A stretch of DNA of 64,000 nucleotides, from assembly GCA_965263355.1 (NCBI GenBank), contig CBDHHL010000056.1:2080001-2144000 (forward strand), given 5' to 3'. The translations under genes were made by a program, and so were the position numbers. The number at the start of each line of letters is the position of its first letter. Position 1 is the stretch's first letter. Origin of the DNA: Leptolyngbyaceae cyanobacterium. Its GTDB lineage: Bacteria > Cyanobacteriota > Cyanobacteriia > Phormidesmidales > Phormidesmidaceae. Shown piece after piece: positions 41,084 to 51,197 of the stretch. The notes beneath the pieces are model-generated. The model made no database searches. It had not been told where the DNA came from and worked only from the letters and a program-made list of their open reading frames with translations.

Positions 41084-41536
41084 TTAGTCCTTCGGCTGGG
41101 GCCAAACACTATCCCAATCAGGACATTCATCGTAGCCCTCAGGTCCATTGGGATGTAACGCACAGACCAGCATCTGGCCACCATAGCTCTCGCCATGGTA
41201 GTAGGAACAGCCCGCACACTTAGGGTGATTCTGCAACCAGGGAGTCAGGGTTTGATGTATCGGTGCCATAGTTTGCTCACACCAAGTCACCATCGACCCA
41301 ACGAATGGATCAATCTGGGTTTCTAACTCATCCAGTGCCTGGGAAAGCGGCGGCGAAATATTGTCCATAACTTGTTCCGCCAACTCATCAGCCATTTCAT
41401 CCGCTGCATCCAAAAGCGGACTAACCACTTCAGTGGCCTGATCAGCCAGATCATCCAAAAACTGCTCAGTTTTATCCAAAGTATTGTAAACAGATGTTTC
41501 CAAGTTTTGCTGGAGCTGTTTTAGCCAATCGTCCAT
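41084..41536 (-). CDS. Conserved hypothetical protein with Cys-rich C-terminus
   Basis: CAGCSYYHG...VCALHPNGP...CPDW. Confidence 0.75.
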   Translation of the reverse strand: MDDWLKQLQQNLETSVYNTLDKTEQFLDDLADQATEVVSPLLDAADEMADELAEQVMDNISPPLSQALDELETQIDPFVGSMVTWCEQTMAPIHQTLTPWLQNHPKCAGCSYYHGESYGGQMLVCALHPNGPEGYDECPDWDSVWPQPKD

Positions 41537-41593
41537 AGGGCAACAAAGGGGTAATCAGTAGGCAACGTTTTGAATTAAGCAAACAAAACTCCC

Positions 41594-41965
41594 TTAGGAA
41601 TTATCTTCTTCTTTTAAACGCTGTAGCTCAGCTTGCAGGTCCTCAATTTCTTTACGGAGGGCATCGGTCGCCGCTTGATCGTCAGCATCGTCCTCTTCAA
41701 TGATTTCAATCTTGCGAGGGGCTATATCCGCTGATTGAGCAGACTCCGTCGATGCAGCAGATTTCTGGGCCCGGTCAACCATGTCATTAACCATTTTTTG
41801 GGCTTCCTCAGCGGTGATTTCACCGCGAGCGACCAGTTCATCCACTAATTTCTGGGCCTGCTGACGCAAATCGCTAAACCCATCACCCGCTTTTTCAGAG
41901 GCATAGGACGCTAAACCTACGCCTAAATAGAATGCTTTTTGCACTAATTGGCCAAAATCTGCCAC
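41594..41965 (-). CDS. Phasin-family coiled-coil protein
   Basis: KAFYLGVGLA, ELVARGEIT. Confidence 0.8.
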   Translation of the reverse strand: MADFGQLVQKAFYLGVGLASYASEKAGDGFSDLRQQAQKLVDELVARGEITAEEAQKMVNDMVDRAQKSAASTESAQSADIAPRKIEIIEEDDADDQAATDALRKEIEDLQAELQRLKEEDNS

Positions 41966-42131
41966 TACTTACGCTCCTCTAACAACACTGGGCGCACAAC
42001 ATTAGGCGCACTATTCAGATGCGATTACCACCTCACATTTTCCGTTCTAACAAGAGATTGCGAGCGTGTGTAGCGTATTAAACGTCGGATAGCCGTACCT
42101 GATTAGAGCCAGACTCACCCTAAAAACAGAG

Positions 42132-42228
42132 GAGACCCGGAGACTACGCCTATCGCAAGCATCCCGTATTGCTGCTACCTTCCGGTCCTGACAAGGTTTG
42201 GGCGTTGTGATCGCATAGATCCGAGTCG
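42132..42228 (-). ncRNA. ffs: Signal recognition particle RNA (4.5S)
   Basis: Minus strand GTCAGGACCGGAAGGTAGCAGC domain IV motif inside a long hairpin closed by GACTCGGA/TCCGGGTC. Confidence 0.95.
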
Positions 42229-42258
42229 CTTACTAGCATAGCACCGTTTTCACGACCA

Positions 42259-43104
42259 TCAAGACGATTTGGGGACTTGCCGCAGGAACCTGATTAGATT
42301 ACGAAAAAACTTCGGGCTCAGCTGAGCATCGTCATCGCTTGAAAATACTGGCTCCGGCATCCCAACCAAGGGTTCTGACAGCCTCATGGGAATCTCTTCA
42401 GCCAGACCGACAAAAATTAAACGAAACGCAATCCGCTGCACCTCATCAATGGACAACCCCAGATAGGTAGCAATTTGACTCAGGGGCATTTTGTCATCAA
42501 TTAATCGCCAGACACTCCACTCTGATTGATTAATGCGCACGTTAGGCTGTCCCCGAACTAGACTTACCAATGACGATTGGGGATGGGGTAGTTTTTTCTG
42601 CAAGGCACTCCAATCTTTCAAAAGCCTCAGCCCTGGCAGAATTACCTCAGTCGCCACCACACTTAAACCAGTCATTTCCACTTTAGGCAACGGGGCATCA
42701 GGATCAAAGCTAAAATAGCCATCCGGTGCTTGAAACAGATCACAAATCTGACGAATGACCTGAGCCGCAAACAAAATTTTTAACTTTTTAGGGGTCAACA
42801 CACCCTGGGAACGTAAAAAACGGCCTAGGGGCTCATCAGGGGGACAACGCCGAATCAACCGCTCGGTCATGGTCGGACTCAGGTAGCGGCAATGGCTAAT
42901 TAAGGTGGCTAGTCCCCGACTATCTAACCGATTCGTAACCGTGACAATCCGCCCACGGTGCAGCCAAATGAAGTAATACTTGGGTTCGGTTTTCCCTAGA
43001 GCGGTCAGCCCCTGAATGGACAAAAGCCCCGTCTTTTTTCCATCTTGCAAAAGCTGGAAAACCTCTGGCAGTGAAAAATCTGAAAGATAACCGTTGACAG
43101 ACAT
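42259..43104 (-). CDS. DUF4388/PATAN-domain protein
   Basis: GYLSDFSLPEVFQLL...KTGLLSI; C-terminal HTH-like segment. Confidence 0.85.
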   Translation of the reverse strand: MSVNGYLSDFSLPEVFQLLQDGKKTGLLSIQGLTALGKTEPKYYFIWLHRGRIVTVTNRLDSRGLATLISHCRYLSPTMTERLIRRCPPDEPLGRFLRSQGVLTPKKLKILFAAQVIRQICDLFQAPDGYFSFDPDAPLPKVEMTGLSVVATEVILPGLRLLKDWSALQKKLPHPQSSLVSLVRGQPNVRINQSEWSVWRLIDDKMPLSQIATYLGLSIDEVQRIAFRLIFVGLAEEIPMRLSEPLVGMPEPVFSSDDDAQLSPKFFRNLIRFLRQVPKSS

Positions 43105-43235
43105 GCTGCACGATAGCGGCGGTAATTGGCGCTATTGTAACAGCATACATCGACCCGAACTGTGCCGGAAAATCGCCTTGACTTCAACTGTTTGAGCGAT
43201 TGGTACTACTAGATCCCCAACTGACATGGATGGGA

Positions 43236-43387
43236 TTACGCCGTCTTTGCACATTGCTCTATCAGCACCATGAGCGCATTTGGTTACCGATGCTTGCTCG
43301 GTAGCCTTAACAGGAATAATAGGTGGGCAATTAACTAGACTTGCCAGCAACCACAGGGCCAGCAACCATCAGTCTCATTATTTCCAT
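43236..43387 (-). pseudogene. MglA-like small GTPase, internally deleted
   Basis: MEIMRLMVAGPVVAGKSS* joined directly to C-terminal-like fragments CPPIIPVKATEQASV and ALMVLIEQCAKTA*. Confidence 0.7.
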
Positions 43388-43420
43388 GGAATCCCCAGAA
43401 CAGCCATTGAAAAAGCGTGG

Positions 43421-43792
43421 TTACATCAAAAGAGCCTGAATTTCGCCCACAGCTCGTTTCACTTCCAGGTTCAAAATACCCTTCTTCACCACGCGATTTG
43501 CCAGCACCAAAAAAACAGCATCTTCACCACAGTTACTCAAAATGCAGTAGCCTTCCTGACCGTCAATCGCGATTTGCTTAATATCTCCCCGCAGCAGATC
43601 GCTGCCAATCCGTTCGCCCAAAGACACGAGGGCAGCCGACATCGCCGCCACCCGCTCTTCATCCATATGGCTAGGCAACACCGACACTATTGGCAACCCA
43701 TCTAACGTAACCAGGGCCACCCCCTCAATGTCACTAGTACCACTGACAAAACTATGCAGAGTCGCTTGGAGTTTAGCTGCATCAATGGCCAT
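43421..43792 (-). CDS. Roadblock/LC7 (MglB-like) protein
   Basis: DGLPIVS, RVAAMSAALVSLGERI. Confidence 0.9.
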   Translation of the reverse strand: MAIDAAKLQATLHSFVSGTSDIEGVALVTLDGLPIVSVLPSHMDEERVAAMSAALVSLGERIGSDLLRGDIKQIAIDGQEGYCILSNCGEDAVFLVLANRVVKKGILNLEVKRAVGEIQALLM

Positions 43793-43964
43793 AATCTATT
43801 GCACTAATGAATTACTTAACGCACTTATGAACGCTCATCATATAGTGCCCTTAGCCTCAGAATCTCAGACCCAAGTAATATGTCAAGATTATTTTTGGGG
43901 TAGACGTCTGAGCAAAATACAAGACTGGGCACTGCCCACCAAATATTTTGCAGCAGCAATTACC

Positions 43965-45494
43965 CTACTGCATACGATCTATCGTACGGTACTGAATCGC
44001 TTCAGCAATGTGGGCTGTGTCCAAACTATCCACAGCAGCCAAATCGGCAATGGTACGAGCCACTTTTAAAATTCGGTCAGTCGCTCGGGCTGATAAGCCT
44101 AATTTACGGACCGCTGTTTCTAGCAATGTACGTGACGCATCATTCAACTGACACCACTGACGCAGATGGCGACTTTCCAAATCTGCATTACACTGCAGCT
44201 TGGGTTCCGAAGAAAATCTGGCCTGGGCCCGCTGACGAGCTAGCTCCACACGCTGACGGACCTGCTCTGATGGCTCTCCAGGTTTATGTTGAGTAATCTC
44301 TTCGGGTTTTAAGCGACTCACAACCACCTGAAGGTCAATACGGTCCATCAGGGGCCCTGACAATCTGGCCCAATACTGTTCTCGGCTGCGCGGTGTACAG
44401 GTACAAGGCTGTACCGAATCCCCAAAGAAACCACAAGGACAAGGGTTGGTACTAGCCACCAACGTAAACTGGGCAGGGAATTCAACGCTTTGCCTTGTCC
44501 TAGCGATACTGACATAGCCATCTTCTAGGGGCTGCCGTAAAAATTCCAGCACCTTGCGGTTAAATTCGGTTAGCTCGTCGAGGAAAAGGATACCGCGATG
44601 GGCCAAGGAGATTTCTCCTGGCTTTGGGAAGGTGCCTCCACCCACCAGGGAAGGGCCAGATGCGGAGTGATGGGGACTGCGAAAGGGGCGTTCGGTAACT
44701 AGAGACCCTTTTTCTTTGAGTAGACCTGCTACGGAGTGAATTTGGGTTACTTCCAAGGCTTCTTGAAAGTTGAGGGGGGGCAAAATGGTGGATAGGCGAC
44801 GGGCCAACATAGTCTTACCGCTTCCAGGTGGGCCAACAAAAATCAGGTTGTGACCACCCGCTGCTGCAATTTCCAGAGCCCGTCTTGCCTGGGCCTGCCC
44901 TTTTACGTCTCGTAAGTCGACTCCATGGGGCTGGGCTTGGGCCAAAGCTTCACAGCCATTGATGGTGAGGGGAGTGCGATCGCAACCCCCATTCAAAAAC
45001 TCCACTACATCACCAATGGTCTTAAACCCATAGACTTCCAGGTCTGGCACCACCGCCGCTTCCTGGGCATTATCCTCAGGCACAATCAAGCCCCGAATCC
45101 CCAGCTGAGGTGCCGCTGCTGCCATGGCCATCACTCCAGCTACCGGGCGCAGGGTACCGTCCAGTGACATTTCGCCTAAGAGCAAATAGTTACCGACAGT
45201 TTCCTGACTAACCAAGTCTGCAGCGGCCAAAATACCAATGGCAATAGGTAAGTCGTAAATTGGTCCTTCCTTGCGCACATCTGCCGGGGTGAGGTTCACC
45301 ACCACCTTGCGCATGGGAAACGGAAATCCAGCATTTTTCAGCGCGGCTTTGACTCGTTCCCGCGATTCCTGCACAGCAGTATCGGGTAAGCCTACAACGA
45401 CGACACCTGGTAGTCCGCCTGAGAGATCTACCTCCACACCGACTTTTAGGGCATCAATACCAACTAACGATGCACTCCAGATTCTTGCCAGCAT
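43965..45494 (-). CDS. YifB/ComM family Mg-chelatase-like AAA ATPase
   Basis: VGLPDTAVQESRERV, GPPGSGKT, PFRSPHHS, GEISLAH, LFLDE. Confidence 0.93.
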   Translation of the reverse strand: MLARIWSASLVGIDALKVGVEVDLSGGLPGVVVVGLPDTAVQESRERVKAALKNAGFPFPMRKVVVNLTPADVRKEGPIYDLPIAIGILAAADLVSQETVGNYLLLGEMSLDGTLRPVAGVMAMAAAAPQLGIRGLIVPEDNAQEAAVVPDLEVYGFKTIGDVVEFLNGGCDRTPLTINGCEALAQAQPHGVDLRDVKGQAQARRALEIAAAGGHNLIFVGPPGSGKTMLARRLSTILPPLNFQEALEVTQIHSVAGLLKEKGSLVTERPFRSPHHSASGPSLVGGGTFPKPGEISLAHRGILFLDELTEFNRKVLEFLRQPLEDGYVSIARTRQSVEFPAQFTLVASTNPCPCGFFGDSVQPCTCTPRSREQYWARLSGPLMDRIDLQVVVSRLKPEEITQHKPGEPSEQVRQRVELARQRAQARFSSEPKLQCNADLESRHLRQWCQLNDASRTLLETAVRKLGLSARATDRILKVARTIADLAAVDSLDTAHIAEAIQYRTIDRMQ

Positions 45495-45629
45495 TGAGGC
45501 ACTCCAACACGTTTATGTAGAGTGCCCAGCCATATATGAGTACCACCGAATCGGCCTTTACGAAGACGGCGTGTTCTTCACGAACCCTTCTATTTCACAA
45601 GGCTGCGTCTTTTTGCCCCAGGATATCTC

Positions 45630-45736
45630 ATACCAAATCCGAATTCATTAAACTCGATTAAAAATGGACGATCCTGTAGGGGCACTCCCTTGTGGATGCC
45701 CTTCGATACCGGGTACTATCAAGCAGGATTTCGTAT
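45630..45736. mobile_element. Possible MITE-like short element
   Basis: Ends ATACCAAATCC / GGATTTCGTAT form a 10/11 inverted repeat enclosing a GTAGGGGCA REP-like hairpin. Confidence 0.4.
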
Positions 45737-45913
45737 CATGCATCATCTGAGCTATCAGGGCCTCACATTCGGGGCACTGACCATTAAAGAGTAAATTCAA
45801 GTCGAGCAAACCAAAGACCTTTAACTTAGCTTCATCCGTAGTTTCCGTAATTCCCTAGGTGTTTTTAACAGGTACACAGGTTTCAATAAACACAGGTATA
45901 CAGGGAAAATGCG

Positions 45914-46051
45914 ATGCGTCTTCGAGAAAAGACAAAAAAGCTTTGGACTAAACTCGACGAAAATCAGCAAGAAACTATCAAGGGTGGCAAGGACGCCATG
46001 GCTAAAAAGCCTAGACAGATATTCACGCCGCCACCGGGCGGTTGGTGGTAA
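45914..46051 (+). CDS. 45-aa double-glycine leader peptide precursor (bacteriocin/RiPP-like)
   Basis: Hand translation MRLREKTKKLWTKLDENQQETIKGG-KDAMAKKPRQIFTPPPGGWW*; AGGGA upstream; terminator downstream. Confidence 0.7.
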   Translation: MRLREKTKKLWTKLDENQQETIKGGKDAMAKKPRQIFTPPPGGWW

Positions 46052-46132
46052 GCGCAAATGTAATTGCTATTGATTTGGAGCTTAGTGACCCTAGCCAGGG
46101 CTAGGGAGCACTAATTGAATAACAAGGACCGG

Positions 46133-46166
46133 CCCGCCATTGCCTTAAGTTTTGGCGGGTTTTTCT
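46133..46166 (+). terminator. Intrinsic terminator after the peptide gene
   Basis: CCCGCCA/TGGCGGG stem followed by TTTTT. Confidence 0.7.
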
Positions 46167-46417
46167 ATATTAATTTGGCTAACCCACGTCCAAGTTAAAA
46201 CTTGTAGCTTCTTCTACGGAAAAACTCCAGTTCTGGACGTGGACAAGGTTTAGATAGAGATTTTACGCTCTATGACCATGGCAGTTAAGCCCTAGCCACC
46301 TCATAACCTCATCCCCAGAGCTACCTGATAGTATTAGGAACACCATCCTGAACTACGCAGTATAGTACCTGTATACTAAACCGTTTAATAAGCACGGCTT
46401 AGCTTCTCCATCAGAAG

Positions 46418-46810
46418 TTGAGGCTCGATAGCTGCCACATATATATAAGTCACCTAAAACATATGTTGACGACTTCCAACGCCTCCAACGTTGCTATCAC
46501 CATCCGTGAAAAGCAACTCGAAGACGAGCAAATGAAGGACGTGGAACTTTTGCTAGAAAGCATGTTTAAGCGGGAAGAAGCCACCCTCCAGCTGATACTA
46601 GACCGTCTTTATGACATTGGTTCTAATAATTTGATCAACTGTCGAGTCAAGCCCCGTCGCCTCAATCGACTAATGAAATGGATTGCCCGGTTAACCAAAC
46701 CCGCATTTCATTACTTCGCCGTACGTTGGTCCCAAAAAAACTGCCCAAAGTTAATTACAGACTGGCTCTACTCACAAGTTCAGTTTTCTCAGCCATCCGC
46801 CGATAACTAG
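46418..46810 (+). CDS. Conserved cyanobacterial hypothetical protein
   Basis: REEATLQLILDRLYDIGS, KNCPKLITDWL; start uncertain. Confidence 0.75.
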   Translation: MRLDSCHIYISHLKHMLTTSNASNVAITIREKQLEDEQMKDVELLLESMFKREEATLQLILDRLYDIGSNNLINCRVKPRRLNRLMKWIARLTKPAFHYFAVRWSQKNCPKLITDWLYSQVQFSQPSADN

Positions 46811-47023
46811 TGGTCCGTCAAGCCTAAGATTTAGGATGAGACTAGTAAAGAGTGAAGCTTCAAATGGCATGGAGAGTGACTCTTTACCTTTACCCTTAAT
46901 CAATACAAGCCCCTAATCTTTAGCGTTGACGCTGCACTAGTATCCAAATCCATGCCTCTGGCCCCTGCCAAAACATATCAATTCTTAGCCTACTTACCAC
47001 CATCTAACCCTTAAAATACATAG

Positions 47024-47389
<366 letters not shown>

Positions 47390-47590
47390 GGTAGTTGAGT
47401 ATTCACTCATTATCTATGTAGAAGTGTATCAATAAGGCAAGTTTCTTGTCTTACCCCTACAAACCGATAAGCATATTTACTAATCTTATAAACGAGTCTC
47501 CATCTACTTATTTGCTGCAGAGAGTAAATTATTTTTCTTTGCTTGCCTTCACAGTGATGTTGACTCGTGTACATAACTTCATTCATCACT

Positions 47591-48673
47591 ATGACTTCTA
47601 CTTTGCAATCCCGTGATCGGGTGAGCACGTGGGATCAGTTTTGCAATTGGATCACTAGCACTGACAACCGCATTTATGTTGGTTGGTTTGGTGTGCTAAT
47701 GATCCCCACTCTGCTAGCTGCCACTACTTGCTTTGTCATCGCATTCATCGCTGCTCCTCCCGTTGACATCGACGGTATCCGCGAGCCCGTTGCTGGTTCT
47801 TTAATACTTGGCAACAACATTATCTCCGGTGCAGTAATTCCTTCTTCTAACGCTATCGGTCTACACTTCTACCCCATCTGGGAAGCGGCTTCTCTAGATG
47901 AGTGGTTGTATAACGGTGGCCCTTACCAGCTAGTAATTTTCCACTTCCTCATTGGCTGCTTCTGCTACATGGGTCGTCAGTGGGAATTGAGCTACCGCTT
48001 GGGTATGCGTCCTTGGATCTGTGTTGCTTACTCCGCTCCTTTGGCGTCTGCAACTGCAGTATTCTTGATCTACCCCATCGGTCAGGGTTCTTTCTCTGAT
48101 GGTATGCCTCTGGGTATTTCCGGTACTTTCAACTTCATGCTTGTTTTCCAGGCTGAGCACAATATTCTAATGCACCCCTTCCACATGTTGGGTGTGGCGG
48201 GTGTATTCGGTGGTTCCTTGTTCTCCGCTATGCACGGTTCTCTAGTGACTTCCTCATTGGTTCGTGAGACTACTGAGACTGAGTCTTTGAACTATGGTTA
48301 CAAGTTTGGCCAGGAAGAAGAGACTTACAACATCGTTGCAGCTCACGGCTACTTCGGTCGTTTGATCTTCCAGTATGCTTCCTTTAACAACAGCCGTTCC
48401 TTGCACTTCTTCTTGGGTGCTTGGCCCGTAGTTTGTATCTGGTTCACTGCACTAGGTATTTCCACTATGGCGTTCAACTTGAACGGTTTCAACTTCAACC
48501 AGTCCATCCTGGATTCCCAGGGTCGTGTTGTTAGCACTTGGGCTGACGTGATCAACCGTGCCAACCTGGGTATGGAAGTAATGCACGAGCGTAACGCTCA
48601 TAACTTCCCTCTAGACTTGGCTGCTGGTGCTGAAACTCCTGTTGCTTTGAGCGCTCCTGCAATCAACGGCTAA
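47591..48673 (+). CDS. psbA: Photosystem II D1 protein, Q130 form
   Basis: 360 aa; D170, E189, H332, E333, D342 and A344 ligands present; MGRQWE. Confidence 0.99.
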   Translation: MTSTLQSRDRVSTWDQFCNWITSTDNRIYVGWFGVLMIPTLLAATTCFVIAFIAAPPVDIDGIREPVAGSLILGNNIISGAVIPSSNAIGLHFYPIWEAASLDEWLYNGGPYQLVIFHFLIGCFCYMGRQWELSYRLGMRPWICVAYSAPLASATAVFLIYPIGQGSFSDGMPLGISGTFNFMLVFQAEHNILMHPFHMLGVAGVFGGSLFSAMHGSLVTSSLVRETTETESLNYGYKFGQEEETYNIVAAHGYFGRLIFQYASFNNSRSLHFFLGAWPVVCIWFTALGISTMAFNLNGFNFNQSILDSQGRVVSTWADVINRANLGMEVMHERNAHNFPLDLAAGAETPVALSAPAING

Positions 48674-48712
48674 GTACTTTCGGTAACGGCTAAGTTGTAA
48701 AGGCTTAGTTTG

Positions 48713-48746
48713 AAAAAGGGGTTCCTCAAACGGGGAGCCCCTTTTT
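48713..48746. terminator. Bidirectional terminator between psbA and rnhA
   Basis: AAAAAGGGGTTCCTC-AAAC-GGGGAGCCCCTTTTT. Confidence 0.8.
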
Positions 48747-48838
48747 AGTGTTTTTTGTGATTCTGGAGCTGGTGGGCAATGCCCACCCTAGGAACTCTGG
48801 GAGGTTGACGGGGTGGGTTGTCAAGCTAATTCTGAGTG

Positions 48839-49705
48839 CTAATCTTCAATTCTTTCTAATTGCCAAAACTTATCTTGATCGGACTCGCTACTGACGCAAG
48901 AAATCGTCCAGTTACGCCAGGTCCAGTCATCGCCACGCTTCGCTAGTTCACCGGCAGATATTCCTGTTAAAACCACAAGTTCCGATGTGGTGATCAAATA
49001 TCCCTGGGTTGCAAGTTCATCAGCTGTTTGCAATAGTTTCAGCATATTGCTGACGCGATTAATGCGGGTGTCGGACATGTCACTCAGGGTGGTATCGATG
49101 ATAGGTAAGGAAATTTCTGGCTGTTGAGGAGATTTTTTGGGCAGGGTCGATGTGGCTTTGGGTATTGATTTGGTCTTTTCAGTAGTAGCTGATGCTTTGC
49201 TGGAGCCACCGATGGATTGGCTTAAGCTGATGGCACGCTGTTGCGAAAATGAACGGGCAATTTCATCGCAACGTTCGTTACCCACATTGCCTGCATGGCC
49301 TTTGACATATTGCCAATCGATATCAATACTTTGATCAGTTTTAAGGCTTTGCGCTAGTTCATCCAGCGTTAGCCACAGGTCTTTGTTGAGAACGGCTTTA
49401 CCTGCAGCTGTTTTCCAGCCTTTGCGTTTCCAGCCGCGCATCCACTGGGTGATGCCCTGGATTAAGTATTTGCTGTCGGTATTGAGTTGAATGTCATTGT
49501 CGTACGTGTGCTGTTGAAGAAATTGGAGGGCTGCGATCGCAGCCTGCATTTCCATCCGATTATTCGTCGTCCCCGGCTCATAGCCCCCCATTTCATGGAC
49601 TGAGCCATCCACAAAATAAATCACCGTCCCCCAGCCCCCCGGACCAGGATTTCCCGAACAAGCTCCGTCAGTGTATATCGCCTTGATCTCAGGCAAATCG
49701 GTCAT
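48839..49705 (-). CDS. rnhA: Ribonuclease HI with C-terminal extension
   Basis: YTDGACSGNPGPGG, TNNRME, VKGHAG, NERCD. Confidence 0.93.
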   Translation of the reverse strand: MTDLPEIKAIYTDGACSGNPGPGGWGTVIYFVDGSVHEMGGYEPGTTNNRMEMQAAIAALQFLQQHTYDNDIQLNTDSKYLIQGITQWMRGWKRKGWKTAAGKAVLNKDLWLTLDELAQSLKTDQSIDIDWQYVKGHAGNVGNERCDEIARSFSQQRAISLSQSIGGSSKASATTEKTKSIPKATSTLPKKSPQQPEISLPIIDTTLSDMSDTRINRVSNMLKLLQTADELATQGYLITTSELVVLTGISAGELAKRGDDWTWRNWTISCVSSESDQDKFWQLERIED

Positions 49706-49941
49706 AAAGTTTAGCGATCTCAACAAGAAACCCTATGCATCATAGCGACGATTATCAAAATTGCTGAGCCTTCAGCACAAAAGTTCTACTAGTGGAGCGG
49801 GTTCTACACCTCAAGTACTATTCAACATCCACCACTAATAGAACTGATAAGCAAAACTTTGCACTCAGCACTCTAAAGATATGGGATAAGAATTAAAGGG
49901 ATAACCCATCCACCCGACACAGGTACTAAGGACTAACAACA

Positions 49942-50670
49942 ATGAAAAAATTAATGCGGGGTCTGCGTCAGTTTCAGGAGAACTATGTACCTGCCCACAA
50001 GAAACTGATGTCGAGTCTGGCCAAAGGTCAGAGCCCAAACGTCCTCTTTATTACCTGTTCAGACTCACGGGTACAGCCAGAACTGATTACCCAGGCTGAG
50101 CTAGGCGAACTTTTTGTCATCCGCAATGCGGGTAATATTGTGCCCCCCTTTGGGGCCACCAATGGGGGAGAGGGTGCCACCATTGAATATGCCGTTAAAT
50201 CGTTGAATGTCGATCACATTATTGTTTGTGGTCACTCCAGCTGTGGGGCCATGAAAGGTTTGCTGCAAATTGGCAAACTCGAAGAAAAAATGCCCCTGGT
50301 CTACCATTGGCTAATCCATACAGAAGCCACCCGCCAGCTGGTGGAAGACCATTACAACGAGTTAGACAAAACTGACAAACTGGAGATGCTGGTAGCGGAA
50401 AATGTGCTGACTCAGATTGAAAACTTGCGTACTTACCCCGCTGTTCGTTCCATGCTCCATAGCGGTAACCTATCGCTCCATGGCTGGATTTATAACATTA
50501 ACGACGGCAGTATCCTCTCCTACGACTCCGATCGCCATGCCTTTGTCCCCCCCTTTAGTGATCCAGGTAAAACTCTCAACAATGGCAATGCTCACACTAC
50601 ATCCCAAATGCCAGGGGAAAATCGCCTAGCATACGGACAATCGGCCAGAATCTTTAAAGGCTCCTATTAA
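49942..50670 (+). CDS. Beta carbonic anhydrase
   Basis: CSDSR, RNAGN, CGHSSCGA. Confidence 0.93.
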   Translation: MKKLMRGLRQFQENYVPAHKKLMSSLAKGQSPNVLFITCSDSRVQPELITQAELGELFVIRNAGNIVPPFGATNGGEGATIEYAVKSLNVDHIIVCGHSSCGAMKGLLQIGKLEEKMPLVYHWLIHTEATRQLVEDHYNELDKTDKLEMLVAENVLTQIENLRTYPAVRSMLHSGNLSLHGWIYNINDGSILSYDSDRHAFVPPFSDPGKTLNNGNAHTTSQMPGENRLAYGQSARIFKGSY

Positions 50671-51134
50671 ATCCAATCCTTAAACGGATTCTCAACCAAA
50701 TTCGAATTGTAATATCGCGGATCCCCAGTCACCTCTTCACCAATCCATACAGGCAAATCAACCGTTTGCCCAGCATGGGTTAGTTCAACCTCGGCTAAAA
50801 TTAATCCCTGATTCTCTCCTAAAAACTCATCCACTTCCCAAACCGTTTCCCCTAACGCAATCCGATAGCGATGCTTTTCAATTAGAGGTCGTTGACATAG
50901 CTCAGTGAGAATAGCCTGGGCATCTGCCAGTGGAATTTCATATTCAAACTCAGAGCGGCTAATACCCACCACTGGACCTTTTAGGGTGAGATATCCCTGA
51001 TCGCCAATAATCCTTACCCGCACAGTTTGTTTCCCCTGGGTAGGGACGTATCCCTGACAGTAATAACGGCCTATCGCCAGACCACGCCAGGCATCACCTT
51101 GCACCAGAAATTTACGTTCGATTTCTACAGACAT
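50667..51134 (-). CDS. CYTH domain protein
   Basis: EIERKFL, EFEYEIP, WEVDEF. Confidence 0.92.
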   Translation of the reverse strand: MSVEIERKFLVQGDAWRGLAIGRYYCQGYVPTQGKQTVRVRIIGDQGYLTLKGPVVGISRSEFEYEIPLADAQAILTELCQRPLIEKHRYRIALGETVWEVDEFLGENQGLILAEVELTHAGQTVDLPVWIGEEVTGDPRYYNSNLVENPFKDWI

Positions 51135-51197
51135 CGGATTATATGGAGATATTTTGTGTAGGGGCGTTACATGCAATGCCCCTACACGCGTATGTTT

